DNA of 64,000 nt from Cycas panzhihuaensis (GCA_023213395.1 CM041465.1:48057741-48121740), one strand, 5' to 3'. Positions 13,774 to 27,369 are shown, counted from the first letter of the stretch. Made by a program: numbers and translations. Notes: generated by a model not told the origin, from the sequence alone.

Positions 13774-14899
13774 TCCGTTAGCAAGGGATTAATCCTTTCT
13801 CTATTTTCTATTGGTGTCACCTCCTTTTTAGTAGCTCTCCTTGATCTGTTGGGCAACCCCCAATGCTTGCCACATCATCATCTCTTTTCCTTCTAATCAT
13901 TAGGGAAACCTGTATGTGATGATTCTCTCGTTGCTTACAAGGCCTTCCTCCCTTGTTGGAAGACTCCTTTGTTAGATTCTGATTTTACCATGGAAGGATT
14001 CCCTTCTGATTGGGCATATCATGCCTACATCTCTGAGTCTCATGAGCCATCCACTTCCTTCCAAGGGCCCACCCAAGAGGGTGAGGACCCTATCTTTTAC
14101 CTGGGTGACCAAGAACACTCACAAGTCCATCACCTCTCCACTCATGAAGTGGGGGCGTCTTCTCCTTTATAATTACACCACCTTGGTGGTGACTCTCATG
14201 TCAATTGTCCCGTGGGGTCTACCTCATATGAGGACCCTTCTACCTCTTATGATCAGGTAGGAACCCCTCTCATAGATGTTGTGGAAGATGTTAACTAGTG
14301 CTTCCAAGCCACTGGCCTCCAATCACATCCTAAGTGGTTGGATAATATCTTGCGAAGCATCGCACTTCCTTCTTCCACATCTACTCTACCTCGTTCATCT
14401 CGTTTGACTCCCTTACCTACAATGAGGGCATCCCTCACTTCATCTTCCTCTCCCTCTGGTCCATGTTCCTTAAGGACCACCTAAGACATATCATCTTCCT
14501 AACTTAGGTTGAGTATACGTCTCTCTAGTCAAACAACTACACCCCAATCAACTATAGTCTATCAGCCTCCCGTTAGACCTAGGGGACCAGTGCATGCCCC
14601 TACTTCTAGCTGTGTGGGGCCTGCTCCCATATATTCCCAAGATCAACTCAAGGATCCTTCCCTTTACTTGCCTCCAAGTTATGCTTTTGAATTGTGGGGG
14701 CATGGTAAGAGAAACCCACTTCCAGTTTATAGAGCAGATCCTTTGAATCTATATGGCATTACACCACTTACGGGTGGCCCATATCAAAAAAACTCAGTTC
14801 CACACCATGTCATTCCATCCTCTTATGTTTTTTCTCATATCGTGCCTACGTAAGGGGAGCAAGCCCCCTTCCAAGACACTACCTCTTTAGCTCCTTTCC

Positions 14900-16300
14900 A
14901 ATAAGGAGTGTACCCACAAGGGGGGATGGGTCCCTCGTACCCAGTTGCTCCTATATAAATTCCTTCAAATGTAGGATTAACTCCTCCCCATTAAATGAGA
15001 GGGAGTGAATATCCTCTTTTAAACCAAATCTCCTAAGGAGGATTCAGGTAACCTTGCCCACCTCCTCCTCTATCTTTCATTGATCCTATGGTCCAACCAA
15101 GAGCGTGCCCCTTTGTGGATTATAGATTAACCCCATTATCCATTGAGGTGTTAAGAACCAACTTACCACCTCACACTCCTGAGGTTCCCAAATTTGATGG
15201 GACCTTTTTGCAAGACCCAAAAGAGCACTTTAGAAGCTTTTCTATGGCTTGTATTGATTATTAGGCATACAACCATATCCTAATAAAACTCTTTCTATGC
15301 TCCCTCCAAGGCGATGCCCTTAAATGGTTTTATCACCTTCTAGCGCACTCAATTCACTCATTCCAATAACTTGTTGATGAGTTTGTCAATTATTTTGATG
15401 TAGCTCATCCTTTTAAGAGTAGAATGAAGGCTTTCCTATCTCTTAAATAAGGTCATGATGAGATGAATCATGACTTTATGAGATGCTTCCATGATCTTCT
15501 CCACTCCACAAAAGCAACATTACATGAGGAGTTAAAGAGAGACCTCTTTGTTAAAGCCCTTCATCCTAAAGTCCACATTGAAGTCCTTAAAATGGGGGAA
15601 ACAACATGCAATTCTGCCATAACGAAGTGCTTGGCCCTTAAGTCCATTGAGATCTAAGTGGGTCTTAAGAGGCCTCTTAGGTCCTCACAACAGCATGAGG
15701 CACCTCCACCACCTTGCGATGCCAAAGTCTAACATCTTCCTAGGTCTTCATCTCATTCCACACTGAAGACCTTGGATTCCTTAACTTCTTCCATACATTC
15801 TTTCGAATGTACCATGAAGGAGCTTAAACTCTAAGCCCCTTCATCACCCACTTCCCACAAACCAATCCACAAAGCTTCTCAAGCTGCAGCCGCTAAGGGC
15901 GGTAATACCTAGTCTTCTCAAACGAGGAAGCTAGATTCCTTCTTAGAGAAGGAGTGGTGTTCCGTCCATGGAGAATGTTTCTATGAAGATTTATAATATA
16001 GGGCCCAACACTCTAGAGCTGCCCCATAATGTGACTCTTCCCTAAAATGAACATCTAGGCCCAACCTAGACCAACTTTTCCATAAGGATCCTTTTCCCAA
16101 ACATGGGGAACATGATCACAACACTCAACAAAAGGGTAACTGAAATAGAGGAATGTCCCCAAACCCTCACCCCTCACAAGCTAAAGGGAAGGGTATAAGG
16201 AACTCTTCCTCTTCTTCAGGTTCTTCTAACAGCTAAACTCCTTCCCCTTCTTGATCCTAAAACAAAGGGAAGAGAGCCATCCAAATGCTTGGGACCACAT
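14900..16300 (+). pseudogene. Gag of element D (retrotrans_gag domain)
   Basis: EVPKFDG..DPKEHFRSF..IKLFLCSLQGDALKWFYHL..SIHSFQ*LVDEFVNYF at ~15180-15400, continuing into ORF 15463-15657. Boundaries approximate. Confidence 0.8.
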
Positions 16301-16689
16301 TGTTGTATGCCTTAACTCAGTCCCAAGCAGCTAAAGAAGTAATGGATGATTCTTCTTCTACCTCTTATCTCGATCCTCCTCTAGAGACTCCTCTTTTGGA
16401 GATCCCTTTGCTTCCTAAGACCATTCCTGTGCATCCCAATAATTATGATTTTTGAAAGGTGCTTCCCCAACCTACTGTGAAAGGGAAGCCCTTTTCCATC
16501 ATTGATGAGCTTCACACCATAGCCGCGGGGATGTCCATGATGGATGTCTTGAGAAGCTGTCCAGAGTAACACACTCTTCATCTTGAAGCTCTTGGCCAAC
16601 AAGATGCTTCCATCCATGCTATAGGCACCACCTCCCATGGACCACCTATCATCTCGTTCGATCCTTAAGATCTCCCGTCTCCTAGTGAA

Positions 16690-17367
16690 TGAGAGAAGCT
16701 TTTTCATTACCCATTTATTATTTTTGTTAACACCCCTGATTTTATCATAAAGAGGACCATTGTAGACAATGGCTTCTCGATTAACGTTATACCTATGCAT
16801 ATGCTTAAGGAGCTAGGCATAATAGCTCTTAAGTCTATCCCTTAGAAATTCCAAGGATATGACAGAACTAAGAAGTCTCCCTTAGGGACATTCTCCCTTT
16901 TGCTCACCTTAGAAAAGAAGACCATTTCTGTCGATGTTGTTGTATTCGATATCAATGTGGAGTATAACCTCTTGTTGGGATGATCATGGCTCAACCAAAT
17001 TGGAGTAATCTTCTCCTTACATTGGGGGCAACTTAAGTTTATCCATGAAGGATGAGTTAAGGTTGTCACCTGTGGGCCTCTGCCATCTCACAGTTCTCAT
17101 CCAGCCTGCCAAGTTATCTTCAGTGGTGAAGATAGTGATCCTGAAGAGGCTACTCCTTCTATGGGGACCCTTTTTTAGGAGACCAACCTTCATCAAATAG
17201 AACCTATGCCTTATCATGAGCCAAACCTAGTCAGGTTTACCCTTGTTAACGTGGGTAATTATGGTTACCTAGTCATCATGGGTGACTCCAAGTCAGATAG
17301 TAAGGGCCATGAGCCCCTTCCTCAGCGTGTCATCATAGTTTCACACACACCTAGGGAGATATCCTGA
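16690..17367 (+). pseudogene. Aspartic protease of element D and short C-terminal tail
   Basis: IKRTIVDNGFSINVIP..FQGYD..YNLLLG*SWLNQIGVI..GQLKFIHEG. The frame stops at ~17367 with no RT following. Confidence 0.8.
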
Positions 17368-19527
17368 TCGAATATTCCCTCTTCTCTTTATTCTACATTA
17401 GCTCCTAAGCTACTAGTTCCAAACTAGCCATTTCGTTCCCCTTTTTTCCCTCCCTGTGTGACTTCATGTGGGCATCCACATCGACGAGCCACTCGTAGAG
17501 GTGCTTCTTCTTTATGCTCTAGATCCTTATCAAGAACTAGAGATTATCCTACCCAGATGCATACTCGCCATGTAATCCATTGCATGCTAGAACCATCATA
17601 TTCATCTAGCTCTGACTATGTTTGTTTTACCTATAAACATAGCCACACTGGGTCTACCTTTCATCGCTGACCTCCATGCCTGGTGTGACCTGTCTCTACC
17701 CCTGTGTAGGCTTAGCACATCACTTCTCTCTTTTCACTCCAAAATAAGCCTAAACTACCACTCTAAGTACATCCCCATTCCCCCAACCATAGGTGGAATG
17801 ATGGTTTAGAGTGGCTCTCCCTATCCTTTACATCCCTCTTATGGCATCTCTCATTTCCCTCCCATGGGAAATTGTTCCTCCTAATTGGATGTGTAGGTTG
17901 CCATCACTCCCGAGCTCAGAAATGCACTCCAACTAGGATCACATACTCGAGTAGTTGTGCTCTCTCATCGCTGACAGTTCCTTTGTGTTTCCATTATTCT
18001 ATGATGATGGACATGCATGGCTCTCCATCTCTCAGCCTCACATGTATCTATCCCCTACACTCATGGTGGTTGTATGTGCCTACTACGAGTGTGGTCGTGT
18101 ATGAAAGGAAGTGTGGGTGTCACCCAAATAATCCAAGAATAAAAACCATATAACAATCAACCAAAATCATCATGATCTATAGTCTCTAGTATATCCATAC
18201 ACCTGTGTCCACATACACATGAACATATAAACAAATAAACAACAATTGCAATATCATACACCATCATAACACTATCATCATGCATCAAATGGGGTGCCAA
18301 TGGGCCCCCGTTTATATACATAATGAATTATATCATACAAAACACTATAGTACATTATACTAAGGAAGTTGGAGTCCTTGTAGGGAGGAGTATAATTATA
18401 TGGTAATATATGGTGACTCCCTAGAGGTCCAATGTTTTCCCAATCAAAACTATCCATATCTTGCTCCTCGGTGCCCCTACTCTCAGGGGGTATCGTCTCC
18501 TGGCCGATGCGATCCCTCCCCAGGAGACTACATGCCTCCTAGGCTTCTCCTACATCACTGTGAGCTCCTAGCCTCACTCCCCTCGTCTTGAGGCCTCCTT
18601 GGGGTCACTGCCATCATGTGGGTTTGAGTCCTGCTCCATGATAACCTCACAGCCATTTGCTCCACTAGATGTCGTATCACACTTGGATATGATCCCTCTC
18701 CCTTTCCACTCCTTAGAGCCTCTCCTCTAGCACAATTATCCTAATGTGGCTCTTCGCATCATTGCCTGCTATTCCTCCACCTTGAGCCTCCATCGCCTAG
18801 ACTCGACCTCATAAGGCATCCTTCTCCATGCGAATCCCATCCAGCTGTCCCTAAAGCTGTCCTACCCTCACCTGGTGCTCCTCAGATTCCACCACCCAAA
18901 TATCCCTGGCTTTGATTAGTGGGCCAAATACTGTTGTATGTGCCCCTGTTGATCGAGGCTTCTCTCCAAACTAGATGGGAGGTTACCCCTCCATGTAGAC
19001 CTAGGGGAATACCTCTTGTACTATCACCTCTATCAACCTTGCTATCTATGCTACTCCTGCTAAGTCAAACACATCACGTGTTACTTTATACATCTATATA
19101 TCAAATCCCTCAAACTAAATCAAAGCAAACCATCTAAGTGCCTAGTGGTCAAAAGACGATAGGAAAGGTAGTGTCTCACCTCTTAGGATGGCTAGCTCCT
19201 CAACTCAGATGACCACCTCCTCCTTGGGACCTCCTTCAACTGCTAGTACCTCCTCCTTAGCCTTGAGTACCACCTCACCTACTGCCTGGCCTACTTGGGT
19301 GTCTCCTCCCCCCTCTTCCACTGCCACCACCAGAGCTCTACCTATAATTCTTAATCTCTGTACTGGTGTGTGGGGTGACTTACCTCCTCTTACAACTCCT
19401 GAAGGACCTACCTCTCCTCCTGTAGCCTCTGACAGACCTGCCTCTCCACCCCAAAATGATAAAAAAATCAATACTATAGTAAGGTGCAATAGGAAAATCC
19501 TCCTCTCCCTACCACCCTGATAGCATC

Positions 19528-22500
19528 TATAGCAACCTTACAAAATTCTTCTAACAAATTTTATAGAAATAGACAAAATATCCACCAAATGAACTTGCAA
19601 AATATCCAATCAAGAGAGAAATAATATAAATCCACTTGAATACAAATATAAAATGGTATGAAATAAATATAAAGCAAATAGATACAACGTTACCAAAAGA
19701 TCCCGCAAATTACTGATGATAAAGAATCCCTCTTCGAGGTAAGGTTCCCTCTGCAAAGCTCCTCAAAAGGGCCAAAAATACTGCAGTCCAAGACTTCTTC
19801 TTTGATGATGAAATGAGGCCACAAATCCTCCTTAAATAGGCAACTAATGGATAGCAATAGAAGTTGGCTAGAAAATATGATATTATTCTTAATACTGCAT
19901 AAATAGAAGTTGGCTAGGACTTCTCCAAAAACTAGCATACTAATTTTAAATGGTCATAACTTTTGATATAGATGTTAAAATTAACTTTCGTCTAGATCAT
20001 TGGAATCTTCGTTAAGAGACCTTTGATTTGAATGGTCATAAGCTATATTTATGACCATATTTAGGAATGCTACAAGTCTTCCCCCCTCAAAACATGCTTT
20101 ACCCTCAAAGCATCAGTAAATTTTTGTACTGTTGTATCCATTCTTCAGATTCCCATGTGGCTTCACTATTGTCCATTGTTTTCCATTTGATAAGATATTA
20201 TATGATTTCATGAGAACGCAACCTTTTGGTATGTTTTTGAAGGATACCTTCTAGTTTACTTGATAGTCCTCCTTCCTCATCTAATATTGGAAGTTCTGTC
20301 TGGATTAGTACCCTTTATCCTAACTTCCTCTTAAGGCAAGAAACATGGAATGTATTGTGTATTCGACAACCTGGGGGAAGCTCTAATTTGTAGGCTACAT
20401 CTTTAATTTTAGTGAAGATTTTATAGGGTCCAAAAAATTTTGGTTGAAGTTTATTTCTCCCTATTTATTTTAGGCTATTCTACTTGTTAGGTTGTAATCG
20501 CAAAAAAACCCAGTCTCCTACCTGAAATGAATGCTCCATTTTTTGAAGATCAGCTTGTTGCTTCATTCGATTGCGAGTAAGTTCAAGTTATCTTTTAAGG
20601 TATCTAGTATCTGCCTTGACTGTTGGTGATACTCTTCAATTGATTGTACTTTGGATGCCTGGGTCCAATTAAGAATGGATGGCAGTTCAAATCCATATAA
20701 TGCTTAAAAAGGGGACATCTTGGCAGAAGTGTGGTAAGTTGTATTATACCACCATTTTGCTAAATGAAGCCATTTGTTCCATTGGAGTGGGATTTGAGTG
20801 GTGAAATTATGTAGATAACCCTCTATGCATTTATTTATGGCTTCTGTCTGACCGTCTGATTGTGGATGATATGTAGAACTCATATTAAGCTTCGTGCCTG
20901 CTAATCTGAATAATTCTTGCCAGAAATGACTGGTGAATTTAGGATCGCGATCACTAACTATCACTTTTGGAAACCCATGGAGATGATATATCTCCTTAAT
21001 GAATAACTCTGCTATTTAAGGAGTTTTGCTATTGCTTGAGTTCCCCTAAAATGTGCATATTTGGTTAGTCGATCCACAATAACAAAAATAGTATCCTTAC
21101 CTTCTGATTTTGGCAGCCATGTGATGAAGTCCATAGATATCTCCTCCCATCTTTGTTTTGGAATCGGTAGAGGCTGAAGAAGACTTGGAGCTTTTACATT
21201 CTCTCCTCTGTTTCTTTGGTAGTGATCACATTCTGCTATAAACTTCTGTATTTCTTCTTTCATTCCTTTCTAGAAGAAATTTTCTTGAACTTTACGATAA
21301 GTTTTGTCTACTTCTGTATGGCCTCCCACTGGTGACACATGGGCCTTCTCTAAGATCTTTGTTTTAATTATCGCTGCTATAGGCACTAGCATCTTACCTT
21401 TTTGCAAGATTAAATTTCCTTAGAGAGAGTACTCGGTATTAAGTCCTTCCTTGATTTCTTGCAGTGCCTTTTGAGAATGAGTGTCCTTGTCATAACCTTT
21501 GACTAGTTCCTCCATCCATGATGGGCTAATTATGGTAATGGCTTTTAATGATGCTTTATCCTCTTCATGATCTTCTGCTACAGATCTTGATAATGCATCT
21601 ACTATGATGTTCTCATTTCATTTATTGTAAACTATCGAAAAGTTAAATGCTTGTAATCTGCTAACCCACATTTGTTGTTCATCTGTTAAGGATTTTTGAT
21701 TCAGGAAATATTTCAAACTGTCGTGATCAGTCTTGACGATAAATTTATTTCATAGCAATTATTGTTGCCATTGTTGGATGGCATGCATAATTGCTAGCAT
21801 TTCTTTATCGTATATTGGTTTGAGGCACTCACAGCCATTGAGCTTATGACTTTCATATGCTAGTGGTCAATCTTCTTATAGTAAAACTGCTCCCAACCCA
21901 AAACCAGAGGCGTCACATTCAATAGTAAAGGGTTTTGAGAATTGTGATAATGCAAGGACTGGGGCCGTAGTCATAGCTATCTTTAGTTGTTGGAATGCTG
22001 CTTCTACTAATTGATCCTATTTAAATGCCTCTTTTCTTGTCAAATCTGTTAGAGGCGTAGCTATATGAGCATAATCCTTAATAAATTTGCGTATGAAACC
22101 AGCGGCTCCTAAGAATCCTTAAACTCCTGTAATATTCTTAGGTGTGGGCCAATTGATAATCGCCTCGATCTTCTTTGGGTCAATTCACACTCCTTCAGAA
22201 GATATTATATACCCCAAATATTCTAGCTCTATTTGCCCAAATGTACATTTCTTTTTGTTCATGAATAATTGTTGGTTTTGTAATAACTAGAGGATGATCT
22301 GTATGTGTTAGAGATGCTCCTACCAAGAATGGTTATAGATTAGAATATCATAAAAAAAAATAGCATAAATTTTTGAATATACGGCTTGAGGATCTGGTTC
22401 ATCATATTTTGAAACATTGCAGGGGCATTCGTCAGCCCAAAAGGCATAACCCAAAATTCAAATAGCCCTTCGTGTGTGCAAAAAGCCATCTTATGCATGT

Positions 22501-25162
22501 CTTCCTCTTTAATGCGAATCTGATAGTATCCAGAGCATAGATCAATCTTTGAGAAGAACTTTACTCCATGAAGTTCATCCAAAAGATCATCGATATAAGG
22601 AATCAGGTATCTATTCTTGATCATTAATTTATTGAGAGCCCGGTAATCTCCACACATATGATATGATCCATCTTTCTTTCGTGCAATTATAACTGGAGAT
22701 GCAAAGGGACTACTACTTGGCATGATAATTCCTTGTTGGAGAAGATCTTGAGTGATGTATTCAATCTCTTGTTTATGATGGAATGGGTGCCTATATGGCC
22801 TGATATTGACAGGGGTTGATTGAGGAACCAAATCAATCACATGCTCATATCCACGACTAGGAGGAAGTTCAAGTGGTAGTTCCTCAAAAACCTTACTATA
22901 TTGGTCAATTAGTTCTTGTACCTCCATGGGAACTTCTTCTGCTGCTATCTTATAACAAGAAATCATGAACGAAGTGGGATTTTTTCGAAGTATCTTTTCC
23001 ATATGCTGAGATGATACCAATTGTGCTAGAGGAATGTTAGGAGCCTATAGCTTGTACTTACATCCCTTTTGGTGAAAACACATAAACCGCGTTCAAAAGT
23101 TGGTAGCAATATTTCCTAAGGTTTGAAGCTATTATACTCCTAAAACCACATCAACTCTGCTAATAGGCATGGCAAACATGCAAGATGTGGTTGAGTACTC
23201 CGCAATATATAAGCTTACTTATTGGCAATAACCACCACAAGGCATAGTCCTACCATTTGCTATTGCCACTTGGAATATATTGAGTGGTTACTATGAGACC
23301 TAACTTTTCTGTAGTAGGGCTATTTATGAAACTGTGTGTACTACCACTATCTACCAAAATGGAAACATCCGCATTTTTTATTAACCCTTGAAATCTCAAT
23401 GTTTGTGGTGTGCATGTCTCCCCAGTAATGGCTTAAAGTGATATTTGAACATTGTCTAGGTTTGTATTCAATAACTCCTCTATCTGGGCTTCGTCTTCTT
23501 GGACCAATGCTTCCTCTTCTATAATTTCATCCATAGTTTCATCAGGGAGAGAGTCTTCCTAATTGTTTATCATGAATACTTTCTTAGGAGGGCATCTATG
23601 TTCACAATTATACTTTCCTCCAGAACAAAAACATGTTCCATTCTTGATGTGTTCTGGTCTTGACATTTGTTCATCATTTTTCTCCCCTGTAGGAGAACCC
23701 GCTTTTGTTCTAGACTATGTCCAGTTTGGTTTAAATTACTAGCTAGGAGGTCTTTTAAACTCGGTTCAACGAACAAAACTTTGTCTTCCTTCTCTAAATT
23801 CTGCTTCATTGTTCTTGGCATGGCGTATGGCATCGGTCAGGAAGCTCACTTCCATGGTCTTTAGTCGGTACCTAATATTACCTCGAAGACCTGCTATGTA
23901 TACTTCTACGAGTTGAGGTTCACTAATATGGGCATCCATCATACTATGCAGTGCTTGGAACTATTCAATATAAGATTGTATCGTACCAACTTGTTGTAAC
24001 CTATTAAGTTGGACAAAATAATCCATTTTCGTTATATCTTCATATTGCTGGAATAGAGACTTCTTAAAAAAAATCTAATTGTAGTGGATTGTTCCCTCAT
24101 AATTTCTTTGACACCAATGAAAAAATTGTAAGGCTTTTCCATATAAGTGCAACACTACCACCACCAATTTTTCTTTATTGGTTAAAGGGGTGGTTTTGAA
24201 GTAGACCTCTATATGCATCAACTAACTACGAATATCTCAGGATCTATCTAGGTCAAACTTTTCTAGCTGAAATTTAGTTCCCTTAAGACCAAGCCCAACC
24301 TGATCTCCTGAGTATTCCCCTTCTTCTTGGCTCTACTCCTCTTCTTTATCTCCACTTTGAAATCTAAAATCTTTTTTTGAAGCCAACAGAATATCACAAA
24401 TTTCTTATATATTCGATTTCAATTCCTTGTACTGGGTTTGCATTAGCGTAATACTACCATCCAAATGGTCCACCTTTTTTGACACGTCCTCGATTCCCTG
24501 GGAGGCTTGGAGTACCATTTTTCCTATTGTGGTTTTTCCTGACCTTAACTCTGTTCTATTGAAAAAAAAATTTCTCAGATATTTCTTACAGAGACATGCT
24601 AAATACCCACTTCAAACAAAGCTCTGATACCACTTGTAGCAACCTTACAAAATTCTTCTAACAGATTTTATAGAAATAGACAAAATATCCACCAAATGCA
24701 CTTGCAAAATATCTAATTAAGAGAGCAATAATACAAATCCACTTGAATACAAATATAAGATGGTATGAAATGAATATAAAGTAAATAGATACAACGTTAC
24801 CAAAAGATCTCGCAAATTACTGACCATAAAGAATCCCTCTTCGAGGCGAGGTTCCCTCCATAAAGCTCCTCAAAAGAGTCAAAAATACTGCAGTCCAAGA
24901 CTTATTCTTTGATGATGAAATGAGGCCACAAATCCTCCTTAAATAGGTGGCCAATAGATAGCAATAGAAGTTGGCTAGAAAAGATGATATTATTCTTAAT
25001 ACTGCACAAATAGAGGTCAGCCAAGACTTCTCCAAAAACTAGTAGATTAAATTTAAATGGTCATAACTTTTGATGCATATGTTAGAATTAACTTTCGTCT
25101 GGATCATTGGAATCCTCATTCAGAGAACTTTAATTTGAATGGTCATAAGCTATATTTATAAC
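19528..25162 (-). mobile_element. Chromovirus (Reina-like) Ty3/Gypsy element E nested in the PMD gene
   Basis: LTRs 19528-20074 and 24635-25162 (outer ~20 bp deleted). Perfect Met-PBS TGGTATCAGAGC 24632-24621. PPT 20077-20087. gag-PR-RT-RH-INT-chromodomain. Confidence 0.92.
20090..24520 (-). pseudogene. gag-pol of element E including C-terminal chromodomain
   Basis: RT ORF 22340-23020 (LPPSRGYEHVIDL..VMPFGLTNAPA). INT ORFs 21012-21263 and 20704-20964 (IVSDRDPKFTSHFW..YHPQSDGQTE). Chromodomain YLIKWK..SEATWESEEWI at ~20130-20260. Confidence 0.92.
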
Positions 25163-26929
25163 TAGGCGACCATGCTCACCACTATCAACGTGGCCCAATC
25201 TAGTCTTTCCCCAGCCTCATATCTTTTGACTGTGTCCATCCATCCACTAGGTATATCCTTATAATTCTATTTCTGAGAGATCTAGAATAGAATACCCAGT
25301 GTAATAAGCTTCCTCAATTAAGGAATCTGTGACATCACCATCATCTAGACTGATACCCCTTGTCAGTCTCACCTGTCCTAGCTAGTGAAGAATGTGGTCG
25401 CCTCCATGTGTGTAGCATCGGTCCCTAGCGATGCTGGCACTCTCCCTGTTGGTATGCCTAGGACCCTCCTAATATCTCTTGCCATGATAGTAATGTCCCC
25501 TACTTGGGGAAGGTGGAAGAATGGCTGCCTGTGATCCCAATGGGTGACTATATCCACTAGGAGGCATTGATCTTACGCATACTATGGGGTCCTAATGATC
25601 TTCAACAGTTCATATCACACAAATATTTGTCTATCCCCCTGTGTCATCATCTCTATAAAACTCATTATAGTGACTCCTATGTTCTTGCAGTTATCCACCA
25701 TGATAACTGCTTGTAAAATCACCCAAAAGTTAGTCAAAGTAACCCACACTATGTATGGCTGCCCTTAGGATGCCTCTCATCTCACTCGGATGAGTTTGGT
25801 ACCCTTTTAGACTCCTTTCTCCCTTTTTCTAACCCTGCACATCTACCTCGTGTTAAACTCTGCAGTACCATAGAGTTTAAGACAAGCACCAGTTAGATTT
25901 CAACATTACCTTAGTGGTCCCATGACAAACTCCGCGGGGCCCTTCTTACCCCCTATAAAAAGGGGAGGAATGCCCAAAAAAATTAAAATGTTTTGGTCTA
26001 AGCAGGCCAAAGCTAGGCCCACTAGGACCAGGGCTACCTAATGCCCTGGTCCTCCCCTTCTCTAGGCCCAAATCAGGCTCCAAAGGATCCTAAATCACTC
26101 ATAAGGGGCTAAAAACTACTTCAAAAAGCTCAAAAACATATCAAATTTAATTAACGAAATGGAATAGTTAGGTGATGATCCACTTACTGGATCTAGCCTA
26201 GCTACCGCCATCTCGTCACCTTGGTCTTGTTGGCTATCTTTGCTCCTCAATCTAATAGTCAGATCTCCTATTGCATGCCTCTGAAGTTAGGCGGTGCTTT
26301 GTTGCATAAGGGAAAAGGCTCTAGATCAATCGTAGCCTATGAAAATGAACTTCATTTTTGCATCGTTTCCCTTGTATAGGCGGGGGCCCTGACGAACACT
26401 TTCTCCTTTCCTTTTACCGTGATAGCCCCTATGACTGCCTTTTATCCTATATTATTTTTGCCTTCTGGGTCTGTCCCCTATTTCACTTTCGTGGCCTCCC
26501 TTTCAATCCTTCTTAGTGCATTTATGATGACCCCTTCAGTCTTTTACAGATCCCTTTTGTCTCGATTTTTATACCACTCCAAAACATACCTGTGTTTATA
26601 CTCCTTTGGCTCATTTTGCCATCTTGGATCCATTTTTGCTATTCGTTTGAGCCTTTGGGGTTCCTAAAGGAAGTGCCTCCCTCATCTTGGACCTTGTCTA
26701 GGCCCTTTTGGCAACCTTTGGGACCTCGAAGGGGCCTTTTCACCACTGTTTCCTTCTCTTCTATTGGGCCAGTCTCCTCGTCCCTAGGTAGCCTCCTTTT
26801 AGGGCTCCCCTCTCCTTCATGATCCCTATTCATAGCCTTCTGAGTGCTTTATAGCCCTATCACTACCTCTCATGCCTTTCTTTGCTCATTAACCTCGTCA
26901 TCATTTTTCTTCTTCTACCCTCTAACTAA

Positions 26930-27369
26930 TACCTTTATCTCCTTACCATGGCATTGCTCATCTTCACCAATGGAGGAAGTCATGGCAACCCATGCCCTTT
27001 TGCCACCATGTGGATCCTCCATGACCCCTTTGGATATGATTACATGTATTTCGAGGTCTTCCTTCCCAACGCTACCAATAACGAAGCTGAGTACATAATC
27101 ATTATTGAAGCTCTTACCGATGTGCTCTGTTTTCACTGTGAACCTGTCATCCTTCTTTGTGACTATTAGGTTATGGTGTTGAACCTCACCCAGGTTTATC
27201 AGGTATGTTACCCATGCATAAAGGCCCTTACCTCTAATGCTAGGTCTTTTTTGTCCCATTTCTCTTTTATAGATATCTAACACATTCCTTAGGACCATAA
27301 TGCTAAGGTAGACAGCCTTATACGTCTCATCCTCAAGCGTTGTCTCCCTCTCCTTAATGATCCTCCTTG
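26930..27369 (+). pseudogene. Stand-alone archaeal-type RNase H (aRH) near the 3' end of element D
   Basis: ORF 26948-27169 and in-frame continuation: IFTNGGSHGNPCP..NATNNEAEYIIIIEAL..ILLCDY*VMV..HIP*DHNAKVDSL, the RNase HI DGGSRGNPG / TNNxAEY / DS / HxxRxxNxxAD motifs. Confidence 0.88.

Larger units (their letters stand above)
18370..25701 (-). pseudogene. Antisense, intron-containing Plant Mobile Domain (PMD, aminotransferase-like PF10536-type) gene of element D, disrupted by element E
   Basis: ATG at 25701. Frame reads DQCLLVDIVTHWDHRQPFFHLPQVGDITIMARDIRRVLGIPTG..RLDWATLIV (25701-25163), matching the PMD motif LVERW..THTFHLP.GEMTITL.DV..LGLP..G. It resumes at 19527, has a GT-AG intron at 19179-19057, and ends in a coiled-coil-like C-terminal exon. 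Confidence 0.8.

Noticed and set aside
18289-18313. GC hairpin as an intrinsic terminator
   Set aside because: Imperfect stem in a eukaryotic context; it only lies near the 3' end of the antisense gene and has no other support.
19188-19520. Ser/Thr/Pro-rich + strand ORF (AGP/mucin-like)
   Set aside because: It is the antisense shadow of the E/G/V-rich PMD-gene exon.
25163-25701. Host MAIN/MAIL-like gene
   Set aside because: It sits between the LTRs of D, has many stops and is interrupted by E. It is TE-borne, so no gene symbol is given.
26948-27169. Horizontally transferred bacterial/archaeal rnhA gene
   Set aside because: The similarity is explained by the known aRH of Tat retrotransposons, and it lies inside an LTR-bounded element.
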